From a virus, in IMG/VR virus record IMGVR_UViG_3300028734_000012, positions 64,001 to 128,000 of that record: a DNA stretch of 64,000 bases; one strand, given 5' to 3'. Below the pieces are notes generated by a model. The model ran no database searches, was not told the DNA's origin, and was given only the letters and a program-made list of their open reading frames with translations. Each line of letters begins with the position of its first letter. The first letter of the stretch is position 1. Both the position numbers and the translations under genes were made by a program. This document shows, piece by piece, positions 47,460 to 59,594 of this stretch.

Positions 47460-48616
47460 TTTTAATCGAGGTCACTATAAATTCCTTTAACTGACGGGGA
47501 ACTCCTTAGAGATTATTCTACTAACTTATTATGGTGACATAAATAAGGGCAAGCAGTAATGTGCTTGGTATAGTAAAAAAGAATAATATTGGACAATCCG
47601 CAACCAAGTCTCTATTTATTTAGAGGAAGGCTCAACGACTATTCCGAGAGGAAGTACATGCAAGTGCATGGAAATGGGGAATATTTCATATTACAATATG
47701 AAATAAAGATATAGCCTATGCTTATAGGAAACTATGAGAAAATTCCATTTTAGTATTCGTTAATATATTATAGAAAGAAGGTTTTGTGGATACAGATAAT
47801 CAAGAAATTAAAGTAAGAATTAACAATTTTAATTTAGAACATTTTAAAGGTTTAGGATATGATGTAAAAATTAATGATAATATTATCATTAAAACGTGTG
47901 AACTTCCTAATGGCTCTGGAATTAAAGTTGATGTAAAATGTAAATATTGTAAAAAGATATTTAAAAAACCATATAGAAAATACTTAGAAACTAAAGATGA
48001 TATTTGTTGTGATAAATGTAAGACTAAAAAATGTGAAAAAACTAATATTAAAAGGTATGGTAATAAATGTTCTTTAAGAAATAAAGATATTTTAGATAAG
48101 GCTAAACAAACTAATATTAAAAAATTAGGTGTTGAGTATCCTTTTCAAAATAAGGAAATATTAAAGAAGTGCATAAAAACATCATCTAAAAAATATGGTA
48201 TAAACTACAGGAAACATAGTACGAGTAAACAACAATTATATATTTATAATTTATATGGTGGGATTTTAAATTATAATATTGGTAATTATTTTTTAGATAT
48301 ATATTTTAAAGATTCTAATATTTATTTTGAGTACGATGGTTCTGGTCATAATCTTGGGGTTAGACTAGGTACATTTACAATAGATGAATTTAATAAAAAT
48401 GAATTAAATAGAGAAAAATTTCTATATGATTTAGGAATAAAAGAATTTAGAATAATATCTGGAACTGATAAACTACCATCTGATGCTGAACTAATAAGTA
48501 TTAAGAACAAGGCATTCGAAATATTAATTAATCAAGATTTTTATAAATATACATATAATATAGATACTAAAATGGAATCTTTTGAGAAGTAACGATTCTT
48601 AAAAGTAATATTACAG
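47460..48616 (+). mobile_element. group I intron (IA-like) in the tape measure gene
   Basis: P1 AGTGGCT/GGTCACT; core CTGACGGGGAACTCC, GGACAATCCGCAACCAAG, GGCTCAACGACTA, AAGATATAGCCT; terminal G; splicing restores W-L-R-Q-G in frame. Confidence 0.9.
47786..48592 (+). CDS. intron-encoded endonuclease (Vsr/DUF559-like PD-(D/E)XK)
   Basis: YFLDIY....IYFEYDGSGH...RE; N-terminal Zn finger and KYG repeats. Confidence 0.75.
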   Translation: MDTDNQEIKVRINNFNLEHFKGLGYDVKINDNIIIKTCELPNGSGIKVDVKCKYCKKIFKKPYRKYLETKDDICCDKCKTKKCEKTNIKRYGNKCSLRNKDILDKAKQTNIKKLGVEYPFQNKEILKKCIKTSSKKYGINYRKHSTSKQQLYIYNLYGGILNYNIGNYFLDIYFKDSNIYFEYDGSGHNLGVRLGTFTIDEFNKNELNREKFLYDLGIKEFRIISGTDKLPSDAELISIKNKAFEILINQDFYKYTYNIDTKMESFEK

Positions 48617-51600
48617 GAGACAGGGCAAAACAGTAGAAGATACAACGACTTTATTAAAGGCTTCTACAACCTTATCTAAAGTTGGTATGATGGATTCTGC
48701 CCAATCTACAGAATTAATGACAGCCGCTTTAAATGGTTTTAAACTTAGTGCAAGTGATGCTATGGGTGTCGTTGATAAGTTCTCTGCATTGGATTTAAAA
48801 TATGCTACATCAGCAGAAGAAATTGCAACAGCGTTACAATACGTTGCATCTAGTGCTGGATTAGCAGGAGTTGGCATTGACAAAATGAGTGCCTTGATTA
48901 CCGTAGCTTCTTCTGTTACAAGATTATCAGCAGAAACTATTGGTAATGCTTGGAAGAGTGTTACTGCTAGAATGCAAAATATCAAAATTGGCAAGTTTGT
49001 TGATGATGATACTAGCGAAGCATTAAATGACGTTGAAAAAGTTCTTAATAAATTAGGAATTAAACTAAGAGATACTAACGATTCATGGCGCAATATGGAA
49101 GATGTACTTGATGATGTTGGCAAAAAATGGAATACATATACAGATATAGAAAAATCTGCATTAGCAACTTCTATAGCTGGTACTCGTCAACGTAACGTTT
49201 TTATTGCCACAATGGAAAACTATGATAAGGTATTAGAAGCAACAAGTGTTTCAGCTACATCAGCAGGAACAGCCCAAGAAAAATATGCCGCAATTTCGGA
49301 TTCAGTTGATGGTAAACTTAACAACCTTATTGCAACATGGGATAAGCTAGTTAATAATCTTAACCAAAGTGGTAATTTTAAAGGAATACTTGATTTAGGT
49401 ACTTCATTAGTTGGTATGTTAGACTATGGAATAAATAAATTAAATTTATTATCTGCCGCACTTGTATTAGTTGGTGGTAAATTATTAGGTTTAGGTATCG
49501 AAGGTTTAATGACTAAGTTTTCAACTATGTCAACAGCTACAGATGGGTATGTCATTACTTTAGGTAAATTAGCACAAGCAACAATGTTAGGCAACGTAGA
49601 AACACAAAAGACACAAATTCTATACGATGGTCAAGTATTAAATTTAGGTAAATTAAATCAAGCGCAGTTAATTTCAGTTATTAGTAGTAATAAAGAATTA
49701 GCTGGTTTAAAATTATTAGATGCAGAAAAAATAGAAGCGGTTCTTGTCACGCAAGGGGTAAGTGCCGTAATAGCAAAAGATACCGCAATAAAGCTTACTG
49801 ATGTAACTGCCACTGGTGCGGCTACTGTAGCAACTGGTGGATTTACTGTAGTTATGAAGGGTTTAACTGCGGCAATAGCGGCTAATCCAATTGGTTTTTG
49901 GTTAACATTAATTACTACATTATTATCAGTTGCTATTCCCTTAATTCAACACTTTGCAGGAGCAGAACAAGATTTAGCTAATAAGTCAAAAGAATTATTA
50001 GATACATTTGCTACACAAAAAGCAACATTAGATAGTAACGCTAAAAGTATTAGTGATGTAAGCACCGAATATGCCAAATTAAGACAAGGTGTAGATGCTT
50101 TAAATAATAATGTAAGTTTATCATCTACCGAATATACTAGATTTTTAGAATTAAATAAACAAATTGCAGGAGTTTCACCAGAACTAGTTAAGGGGTATGA
50201 TTCACAAGGTAATGCTCTATTAGACTTAAACGGTGGTGTAAATGCAGTTGTTACATCATTAACAGAAATGATTGCAAAACAAAAGGAATCATATAATCAA
50301 AGTATAGTTAAAGATGCCGATAATATATGGAATGGGATTAAAGGTAAAGTAGACGAATATAATACTTCTTTAACTAATTTAGATGAAATACAAAAGACTA
50401 TAAATACTAATACTGGTTTATCACAAGACAAAATGCTAACTTTATCTGAACAATTAGATAAACTTGGTATATCATATACAAAAGTTTATAAAGAAGCAAA
50501 AAATGCTAATGAATATGGTACGTGGAGTTTTGATTTTGGTGGTATAGATACTAAAGATGTAACAAAAAAAATATCAGATTCAAAAAATGATATAAAAAAA
50601 TCTTTAGAAACTGAACTAGCTAAAATACAACCAGTGATACAAGCAAAAGTTGAACTTGATGATAATTATAAAAAAATGGGAAGTCAATTACAATCAGTTG
50701 TTACCAAAGCTGTTTCTGGTTTAAACTTTAGTAAAATTGGAAGTAACACAACAGAAATTAGTGACTATATCTCAAAGAATATAATCAAACCAATCTCCGA
50801 CAATTCCCCAAAAATACAAGAAGCTTGGAATAAGGCATTAAAATTACAAACTGATTTTAGTAAAGGCACAATAGATAAAACTAAATTTACAGCAGAAGTA
50901 AATGATTTATTTAAAGAAGCATTTTCTGGTGTGGATACAAAAACTTTAGATGTATTAAAAAATTCATTAACAAATGCAGGAGTTGAAGGTAACGGATTAA
51001 TTCAAATGTTCACTAATCTACTTACACCTACAAAAGATGAAACTGATGCAATTGCCGCACAAGCTGATGCTTTAGATTCTTTGAGCACTACAATTACCAC
51101 TATAGTTGATAAATATAATTCTCTTGGTGATGTTATAGAAAATATTAATACACATCATGCCGTATCATCTGATGATATGAAAGCAATTATAAAAAACTAT
51201 AGCGATTTAACTCCTGCTCTATTAGAGTATTCAGCAGGAATTAGAAGCGCCGCTAATATAGAAGATTTATTAAAAGCTAAACAAAAAGAACAAGCTGATG
51301 CATATAAGAAAAATATACAAGACCAAATAAGCAATAGCACTGATTTTTACACTCAAAAAATGGCAAAAGAAAATACATTGGCAACTCAATTAGAAGCTAA
51401 CTATCAAATAGATTATGCAAAATATACAACATTCCAACAACTTAAAAATGCTGTTGATGTAGCTGTACTTAATAAGCAAATAGGATTAGTAACTCTTTCT
51501 GGAAAAATTTTAGCTGATGAATATTTAGCTGATGCAACTAATTATGGTAGTTTCGAGAATGGTAAAACTAAAATTTCTGATGCAGTTAGGTTAAATATTG

Positions 51601-54239
51601 AAGGTCTTAATGAAGACAAAATTAGAGCATTAGCTAAACAATACGGAATTGATGTTGGAAAATATGGCGATGGAGAAGCGGCAAAAGCAAAAATTACCGC
51701 AGAAGTCACTGGAAAAATAGTCCAAATGTATGCCGCAACTAACGATGGGTTTAAGAGTACATTACAAACTCAATTAGAATTGGCTAAAGCAAGCGTAGCT
51801 TCTATGGAAGGTAACGGACAAGACGGTGGTAGGGCATACATAAATGCACAAAATAGTATTGTAGCTTTACAAAAAGCTTTAAATGGTGGTACAACAACAG
51901 ATACAAGTGGAATACAAAAAACAATTGACGGTATTCTAGGAAGTATTAATACTAGCATACCAAAAACTACAAAAGAATTAGATGCAGTTGATGCCGCTAC
52001 TAAGAAAGCCGCTAGTACCGCAAAGTCAGAAGCAAGTGCCGCCGAGACAGCCGCTAATAAAGCCGCCGCCGCATTAAAAGCAAAGTATGAGTTAGAACGT
52101 AAGGTAATAGAAACAGCAAAAGATACTGGAAAATATGATGTTAATAAGATAGGATATTATACCGCATTAAATAGCCTACAAGCTAAATGGGCTAAATCTG
52201 CTTTAGACACAGAAGACAAATTAACATTACAAAAAGATACTTATGGTGCGCTTAAAGACTATCAAGACGATATTTTAAAATCTTCTTATGATGAACTTGC
52301 AAGAAGAGAAGACCTTAACATAATAGGAAAAGATTCAGAAGCTTCACTTCAAAATCTGTTAGAAATTCAAAAGAACTTAAATTCAAGTGGAATGACACTA
52401 GCAAATACAGCAGAAAAACAACTTGAACTACAAAAGAAAATCCTTGCAGTTAAAAAAGCTATTGCTGATTCTGAACAAGATACTCTTGACCATGATGTAT
52501 CAATGGGAACAGTTCAAGAAAATAGTATTCAGTACGTACAAAGATTACAAGCTATATATGCAAAATTAAATTCAAGTAATATAGCAGACAAAAAAGATTT
52601 ATGGGATTTACAAGAAAAAATTTATGATGCTGAAAAAGCTTATGCTAAAGAACAATTAGATAATGCTTCAAAAGCTATCGATAAGAAAATAGCGGCATAC
52701 CAAAAACAACAAGATGCGATTGAGAAAACATATCAGAAACAAATAGATGCAGATGAAGCAGAAATCAAATCATTAGACAAAAAAGAAACTGTTCTTGAAG
52801 ATTTATATCAACCACAACTTGATGCTATTGATGCCCAAACTAAGGCTTTAGAAAAACAAGAGAAACTAATGGAAAATATGTATCAACCACAAATTGATGC
52901 ATTACAAAAAGTACTAGATGAAAAAGAAGCTGAAAATAATTTAACTGATAAATCTATTGCGCTTGAGAAAGCAAAACAAGATTTAGCTAAAGCTGAAAGT
53001 CAAAAAGTAAACCGTATATATAAACAGGGTGAAGGGTTTGTATTTGAAGCAGATAAAACTGCGGTTTCTGATGCTAAGAAGACTTTAGATGATTTAAATT
53101 ATCAAGCAGAAATCGATGCAATAACTGCTCAAAAAGATAAATTACAATCTTCACTAGATTCAGAGAAAAAAGCGTTAGAAGACCAAATTACGACACTGAA
53201 TGATTATAAGACTACATTACAAGATAATTGGGATGCTGAAAAGAAAGTCTTAGATGACCAAATTAAAACATTGAATACTCATAAAGATAACTTACAAGAT
53301 ATTGTTGATGCTGAAAAGAAATCTATACAAGACCAAATAGATTCTTTAAATGATTATAAAGATGAGTGGGATGAACTCGTAGATTATTACGATGAAAATA
53401 GTGATGAGTTTATTAAGAAAATGACTAATAATAATGTTAATGAGACAGGGTTATTAAAATCAAGATTAGCAAGTTATATTAGTCAAAATACTGACTTCTT
53501 AGATTTATTTACAACAAGTAATGATAATGAAAATTCTTTATTAACAGATAGAGAAGATTCTTACACAGAAAGTAATCAAGCATCATTAGTATTATATAAT
53601 CAAAAGACAGCAGATTATTTAGCTAGTCAGACAAAATTCTTAGCACAGTTATCTGATGGTAATTCTAAAGAGAATGCTTTATTAACTACAAGACTTGCTA
53701 ATTTAGATTCATTTAGGGCTAAATATGCAGTTTCACAAAATCAAATTGTTGCAACAAATAGTACAATAATTAATTCTAATGATAAGTTAGCAAGCAGTTA
53801 TAGTAATGCGGCATCTGCGGCATCAAACTATATCGATTCACTAGCAAGCGTAGCCGCCGCTAAATCAAAGAGTAGTAGTAGCGCTCCTAATAGTAACTAC
53901 GTTGCTCACGGGGCTTATGCTGATGGTGGTGTTGATACTAAGGGTGGATTAAATATGCTACATGGTACTCCAACAAGTCCAGAAACAATATTTAATGCAA
54001 CTGATAGTAAGAAACTATACGATGTTGTACATAACAATAGTAATCTAGCAGAATACTTCACAAGCAAGATGGAAACACATAACTCTAAAATTACATCAAG
54101 CAATGATAAGAACGTTAATATTACAATTGGGGATGTCAACTTACACGAAGTTGAAAATCCAGATACAGCGGCTAAAGCTATCGTTGAGAAACTTCCAGCT
54201 AGTGTATTGCAAGCATTGTTTAGTAGAAGCGGTTCTTAA
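48617..54239 (+). CDS. tape measure protein, exon 2 (spliced product ~2475 aa)
   Basis: In frame with the ORF at 48687; ETIGNAWKS, TM segments, coiled coils, YADGG...LHG....E motif. Confidence 0.9.
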
Positions 54240-54331
54240 TATACGTTAACATTTAGGAATATAGTTGAAAGAGAGTGATTGTCATGTGACATTTTTTAAT
54301 AAATAATCAAAATTTATAGAGGGAGAAAATA

Positions 54332-56302
54332 ATGGATATTAATGATAAAATGGTAAGTGTATTGTCGGAAACAATTGTTGATTCAGTTAATAAAGCGGTA
54401 GAAAATATCGATTATGATAAAAGTTTTAAAGCAATTGTTACGGCAGTACTAGGAAATAATCAATATAAAGTTGCATTTAATGGAGCAGAATATAATATTC
54501 CTGCTGGAATTAAAAATACAACATTTAAAATAAATGATTCAGTATGGGTTATGATACCACAAAATAGATGGGCTGATATGTATATATCTTCTAGTGTAAT
54601 ACCTAGCGCTACTGTGTTGCCAACACCTAATACTTGGATTGCTACAGCTACTACAATGGGAGATAGCAATTGGGGATACTATTTAACTATACCCAATTTT
54701 GTATTTACAGAGGGTTGTCAAGTAACATTTAAAGCCCCTATTGCTCCAATAGAAGGAATTTGGATATATGTAAGTATACCAAATGTTACTACATTTGGTA
54801 TCCGTAAATTAAATGGGGAGTACCCAACAAGTGATAGTTGGGTAGCTAATGCAATGGTTACAGTGACTTTATCATCATCAGTAGTTTTAGATTATGGTAG
54901 TGGCTCTGCCCGTGGTGGTACAGCTTTTTTTAAAGGTGGCGCAGGAAGTATAAAAGATATGTATGACTTCCCATTAAGTATACAGACAGCCACACCTACG
55001 CCTGTGAATACTAATCATATATGGATAGCAAATGACACTAAGAGGATTTTAGTTATTGATGAAGCCGTCAGAGCAGGATATGATAATTATTATTGCGCTA
55101 AAACTAGTAACACAAATAATAAATACTTAAATCTTGTAACTACAAAAAAAACTACAGACGGTACAAAAATAACTATGTTCGATAACTATATTAATAGAGA
55201 TGCTACCCCTTGGACTACTGCAAATAATGTAGCTTTTACAAATGGAAGTACCATAACTTCTTTATCTCAATTTCCTTTAATATATAGTAAAGTTAATGGT
55301 GCTGTTGATATGGAAACAGCTTATAGATGGGATGGTTCTGCTTGGCAATATTTAAGTCAAAAAGGTAAATATGTATTTTCTGGATTTACTGGTGCATCAC
55401 CATATAATCATATGTATAATAGAAGTGGAAACGTTTTAATTCAACATTCAGATATTATAGTGCCATATAGTTATCCTATCTATTCAAAATTTTCACCAGA
55501 TGGAGTATATTTATTTGTTTCGATATACAGTTCCCCATATTTATATGCATTTAAAAGAATTGGAGATACTTTTACACAAATTACCTTTAATTTACATTTA
55601 CAAAATTATATATTTGATATACAGTTTAGCCATGATGGTAATTACGTAGCACTTTGTACCTATTCTTTAGCTACATGTGATATTTATAAAAAACAACCAG
55701 ACGGTTCTTGGGTATTTTTAACTTCACTTTCTGGTCAATATACATATTGTTGTGCGTGGTCACAAGACGATAGTTATCTTTCATTTAGTGGAAGATACAA
55801 TTATATATATCTGTATAAAAAATCTGGTGATACATTTACATATTTAACAATTAATGTTATTGGGACGGCATCATCTTCATATTATAAATACAAAATGGAA
55901 TATGATAGTACTGGAAATTTTATTGTATGTACATCTAACACCACACCATATATAAATTTATTGTATAAAACTTCTGAAACTACTTTTAATGTAATGGCAA
56001 CAACTAACTATGGAGTACCATCCCAATATACAAATGTTAAGTTCCTACCAAATAACTATATAGTATTAGGGGCTGGTGGTTATTTATATATATATTCATA
56101 TACATATAATACTTTCACATATATTAATACAATTGTAGTTGGTACTAATGTTAGTTCTTTAGATGTGAATAATACTGGGACTTATTTAATAGTTGGTGGT
56201 ACTAATTATATGTATATGTATTCTATAAGTGGGGCAACACTTACATTAGTTAATACTATAGCTATATCTGGTACTGGGTATGGATGTACCTTATTAAATT
56301 AA
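54332..56302 (+). CDS. baseplate/spike-like N-terminus fused to a WD40-like beta-propeller
   Basis: N-terminal YDKSF.A.V...Y.V...D.VWV.IP; repeated FSPDG/FSHDG/WSQDD blades. Confidence 0.6.
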   Translation: MDINDKMVSVLSETIVDSVNKAVENIDYDKSFKAIVTAVLGNNQYKVAFNGAEYNIPAGIKNTTFKINDSVWVMIPQNRWADMYISSSVIPSATVLPTPNTWIATATTMGDSNWGYYLTIPNFVFTEGCQVTFKAPIAPIEGIWIYVSIPNVTTFGIRKLNGEYPTSDSWVANAMVTVTLSSSVVLDYGSGSARGGTAFFKGGAGSIKDMYDFPLSIQTATPTPVNTNHIWIANDTKRILVIDEAVRAGYDNYYCAKTSNTNNKYLNLVTTKKTTDGTKITMFDNYINRDATPWTTANNVAFTNGSTITSLSQFPLIYSKVNGAVDMETAYRWDGSAWQYLSQKGKYVFSGFTGASPYNHMYNRSGNVLIQHSDIIVPYSYPIYSKFSPDGVYLFVSIYSSPYLYAFKRIGDTFTQITFNLHLQNYIFDIQFSHDGNYVALCTYSLATCDIYKKQPDGSWVFLTSLSGQYTYCCAWSQDDSYLSFSGRYNYIYLYKKSGDTFTYLTINVIGTASSSYYKYKMEYDSTGNFIVCTSNTTPYINLLYKTSETTFNVMATTNYGVPSQYTNVKFLPNNYIVLGAGGYLYIYSYTYNTFTYINTIVVGTNVSSLDVNNTGTYLIVGGTNYMYMYSISGATLTLVNTIAISGTGYGCTLLN

Positions 56303-56317
56303 TGAAAGGAGATATTA

Positions 56318-56623
56318 ATGTTTTATTATACATACGATATTAATGGTTACGTATTATCTAAATCAAATATACAACCAATTGATACTAAATATGGAATACA
56401 TGCAATAGATTTTGATTTAGATAACTATGATATAATTATTGGTTCAATAGACGAAAACTATAATATTACATTTTATACTCAAAATCCAAAACCAACAGCA
56501 ATACTAATACAAAACTTAACAATTTTAAAATCTAATTTATTAGATAGCGATAATATTATGCTAGATTTAGATTATAGATTAACATTACAAGAAAATGGAT
56601 TGAAAGAAAGTGATATTACATGA
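56318..56623 (+). CDS. hypothetical protein (fibre chaperone-like)
   Basis: Ends LDLDYRLTLQENG. Confidence 0.55.
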   Translation: MFYYTYDINGYVLSKSNIQPIDTKYGIHAIDFDLDNYDIIIGSIDENYNITFYTQNPKPTAILIQNLTILKSNLLDSDNIMLDLDYRLTLQENGLKESDIT

Positions 56624-56766
56624 CATATAAATTGATTAAAAAGGTTATCGAAAATGGAGTTTACGATAAAGTTGATATCCAAAATAAGTTAGATGTTTTT
56701 ATGACATTTAATCGTATCACGCAAGAAGAATATACTGAATTACAAAATTTAATAAACACGAAATAA
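56620..56766 (+). CDS. XkdX-like small protein (48 aa), not in ORF track
   Basis: KLDVF....RITQEEY.EL motif. Confidence 0.65.
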   Translation: MTYKLIKKVIENGVYDKVDIQNKLDVFMTFNRITQEEYTELQNLINTK

Positions 56767-56799
56767 GAGTTTCATTTAATTTAGAAAGGGGGTTTAATT

Positions 56800-57963
56800 A
56801 TGGCATCACCATTATTATACCAAATAGTTCCATTTGATGCTAAATCAGCATTTGACTTTGTATTTTCATATAGTGCTAGTCAGATTTTTAAGAATAGATT
56901 AATCGTAAAAAACAATGTTACAAACGTAACTGTATATGATGTGACTACTGAAAGTAGACAATTACTATGTGAATTACCAGCAAATACATTAGTAAATGGG
57001 ACTGCTTATAATGCACAATTATCCGTATTTGATTCAAGTAACAATGAAAGTACATTAAGTAATATTATATCATTTACTTGCTACGCTATGCCAGTTCTAA
57101 TATTTAGTAATTTAGTTGCTAATCAAGTATTGGATAATTCTTATTATACCTTTACATTAAGTTATACACAAGCACAAGATAGAATACTAAATAATTATAA
57201 GATGACTTTATATAACAGTAACAGTTCTGAAATATTCAACACTGGTACTATTTATAACACGACTTCTTTATCACAAATAATTAAAAATTTTGATAATAAT
57301 ACAAATTATTTTGTTAAGGGTGACGGAGAAACAGTAGATGGTATGACATTTACTACTGGATTAGTTAGGTTTAATGTCCAATATATTACACCAGTAGTAT
57401 TCTCAATGATAGAACCAGAAAATATGCCATTACTAGGAGAAGTTAAGATTACTTCAAATTTGTTATCAATTGATGGTTGGTCTAATCCAGACCCACCTAC
57501 ATATATTGGTAATAACCTTGTGGATTTATCCACTCCTAATACTTGGGTTATATTTGATAAAGGGTTTGACTTAACTAATAATTTTTTATTACAAATTAAT
57601 CTTAGAAGTTTAACTCCTAATCAAATGTTTGCTGAATTTTCTAATAGTTTATGTTCTTTCCAATTATATTATATGGAATCTACATTTTCTGATTCAGATG
57701 GTTTGGTTGGATATATTAATTTAAAAACAAAAGGGAACGCATTAACATATACTATAAATAGTCAATATATTAAACCAATGAGTATATATGGGTATATTTA
57801 CAATATTTGGATAAGAAAAGTAAATAATATATATGATTTAAAAGTAGCAAGTTTATCTATTACAATAGATGATATTAATGCTATGCATTCTACAATTAAT
57901 GATATTATAGAAAAGGATGTTCATATTGCTACATTTGATAGTGATATGCAAAATATTATATAA
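56800..57963 (+). CDS. tail/baseplate protein with FN3-like domains
   Basis: PFDA...F.F.Y; LPANTLVNGTAY; synteny. Confidence 0.6.
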   Translation: MASPLLYQIVPFDAKSAFDFVFSYSASQIFKNRLIVKNNVTNVTVYDVTTESRQLLCELPANTLVNGTAYNAQLSVFDSSNNESTLSNIISFTCYAMPVLIFSNLVANQVLDNSYYTFTLSYTQAQDRILNNYKMTLYNSNSSEIFNTGTIYNTTSLSQIIKNFDNNTNYFVKGDGETVDGMTFTTGLVRFNVQYITPVVFSMIEPENMPLLGEVKITSNLLSIDGWSNPDPPTYIGNNLVDLSTPNTWVIFDKGFDLTNNFLLQINLRSLTPNQMFAEFSNSLCSFQLYYMESTFSDSDGLVGYINLKTKGNALTYTINSQYIKPMSIYGYIYNIWIRKVNNIYDLKVASLSITIDDINAMHSTINDIIEKDVHIATFDSDMQNII

Positions 57964-57974
57964 AGGAGAAATAT

Positions 57975-59561
57975 ATGTCAAGTACAAATAAGACATCTGG
58001 CTTAGACTTAACACAATATATTGGTGTTGACATTTTTAATCCTTTAGAAGATTACAATGTTGATATGGGTAAATTGGATACTAAAATAACAGCCCTATCA
58101 AATACAGTACCTATGAAAACTATAGCAGACATAACATATTATGTTTCTACAACAGGATTATACACAAATGATGGATTAACAAGTGGCACATCATTTCCCA
58201 CAATTAAGTATGCTATTGATAAAATACCACAAGTTGTTAATCATGTTATTACAATTAATGTAGCGGCAGGAACTTACCCAGAAGATATAGTAATAAGCGG
58301 ATTTTCTGGTAAAGGGTCTATATACCTTATCGGGTCATCCACACTAGAAACTGCCTCAAATTACAATGTATTAAGTTGTGAAATTGATAATTGTAGTTGT
58401 GTTGTTGAGGTTAAGGGGCTTAATTTTACAAGTATTCTAAAACCAAGTTTTTGTGGAAACTATTGTATGAATGTTAGACTATTCTATACTAAAGCTATTT
58501 CTATATCTGATACTGGCGTACTTATTGTTGGTTCAAAATCAGTCATTGCTTTTTGTATTATATCAAATAAGAAACAAGCGATAGGCGCTGATAGTAACTC
58601 GGAAGTATATACAACAGAGGTATCTGGTATAAATAATATAGTTTCCTATTCATCACTCGCAAACTGTAAGATAACCGCTATGAGTATAATGGGACAGTTA
58701 TCTGGACGTATTAACATGCAATATGGTGGAGAAATTATTGGTTCTGATGGTAAGTCTACAAGTGGTTATAGCCCTAACCTGTTAATTAATGGGGATTTTA
58801 AAGTCTGGCAACGTGGAACAACATTCAATTTAGCAACTGGGGGATATACAGCAGACAGGTGGAAGATATATACTGACAGTTCAATGACAAATGTTGCCTA
58901 TTCTGCAAAACTGTATTGTTTAAACAGACTTGGTGGAAACGGAACATTTAGTGCTATATGTCAGTTCATAGAAGATTTAAGTATTATTGGTAAAACTGTT
59001 ACTATGTCTGCAATGATTGACGGAGTTGTTTATTCAGTTACAACTGTCTTAGGCTCACAACAAAGCTTCATTGTTAAGTCTGGAATTTTGGAATTTGATA
59101 TTGGAACAGCGATTTATAGTAATGTAAATCCTGCCGTAAATATAGCGTTTCTTGATAAACTTGACCACCAAGTATCATGGGTGAAGCTTGAAGTAGGTTC
59201 TGTCCCTACACCATATGTTCCCCGTCCAATAGCAGAGGAACTTGCAATGTGTCAGAGATATTTTATTTCATGCAAGAAGGGCTGGGAATCAACTAATGTC
59301 TACCAAATAAGTTTGAATGACATATATGCTAATTTTAATATCCCAGAAATGCGTGTTGTTCCGACTGTTAATGTTGATGGTTCTAAGATTTATGTTAGCG
59401 GTCAGAATACTAATGGAATAACAGGGTTTACTATAGATTCACATGGAGCAAGCATGGCTCTTATTTCTTTGCATGTAGTAAGCACTAATAATTCTGTTAA
59501 CGTGTATGGTTTACAAATAGCTGTAGATGGTGCTATAACTCTTGATTCAGAAATATACTAA
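57975..59561 (+). CDS. tail fibre / receptor-binding protein A
   Basis: YYVS..G...NDGL...F.TI..AI beta-helix start; NLLINGDF.VWQRG; ELAMCQRY. Confidence 0.75.
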   Translation: MSSTNKTSGLDLTQYIGVDIFNPLEDYNVDMGKLDTKITALSNTVPMKTIADITYYVSTTGLYTNDGLTSGTSFPTIKYAIDKIPQVVNHVITINVAAGTYPEDIVISGFSGKGSIYLIGSSTLETASNYNVLSCEIDNCSCVVEVKGLNFTSILKPSFCGNYCMNVRLFYTKAISISDTGVLIVGSKSVIAFCIISNKKQAIGADSNSEVYTTEVSGINNIVSYSSLANCKITAMSIMGQLSGRINMQYGGEIIGSDGKSTSGYSPNLLINGDFKVWQRGTTFNLATGGYTADRWKIYTDSSMTNVAYSAKLYCLNRLGGNGTFSAICQFIEDLSIIGKTVTMSAMIDGVVYSVTTVLGSQQSFIVKSGILEFDIGTAIYSNVNPAVNIAFLDKLDHQVSWVKLEVGSVPTPYVPRPIAEELAMCQRYFISCKKGWESTNVYQISLNDIYANFNIPEMRVVPTVNVDGSKIYVSGQNTNGITGFTIDSHGASMALISLHVVSTNNSVNVYGLQIAVDGAITLDSEIY

Positions 59562-59594
59562 AATAAAACAACTTAAAAAGAAAGGGGTGAATAT

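Noticed and set aside
45655-47490. 611-aa ORF as a stand-alone gene
   Set aside because: Its last codons lie in intron P1; it is exon 1 of the tape measure gene
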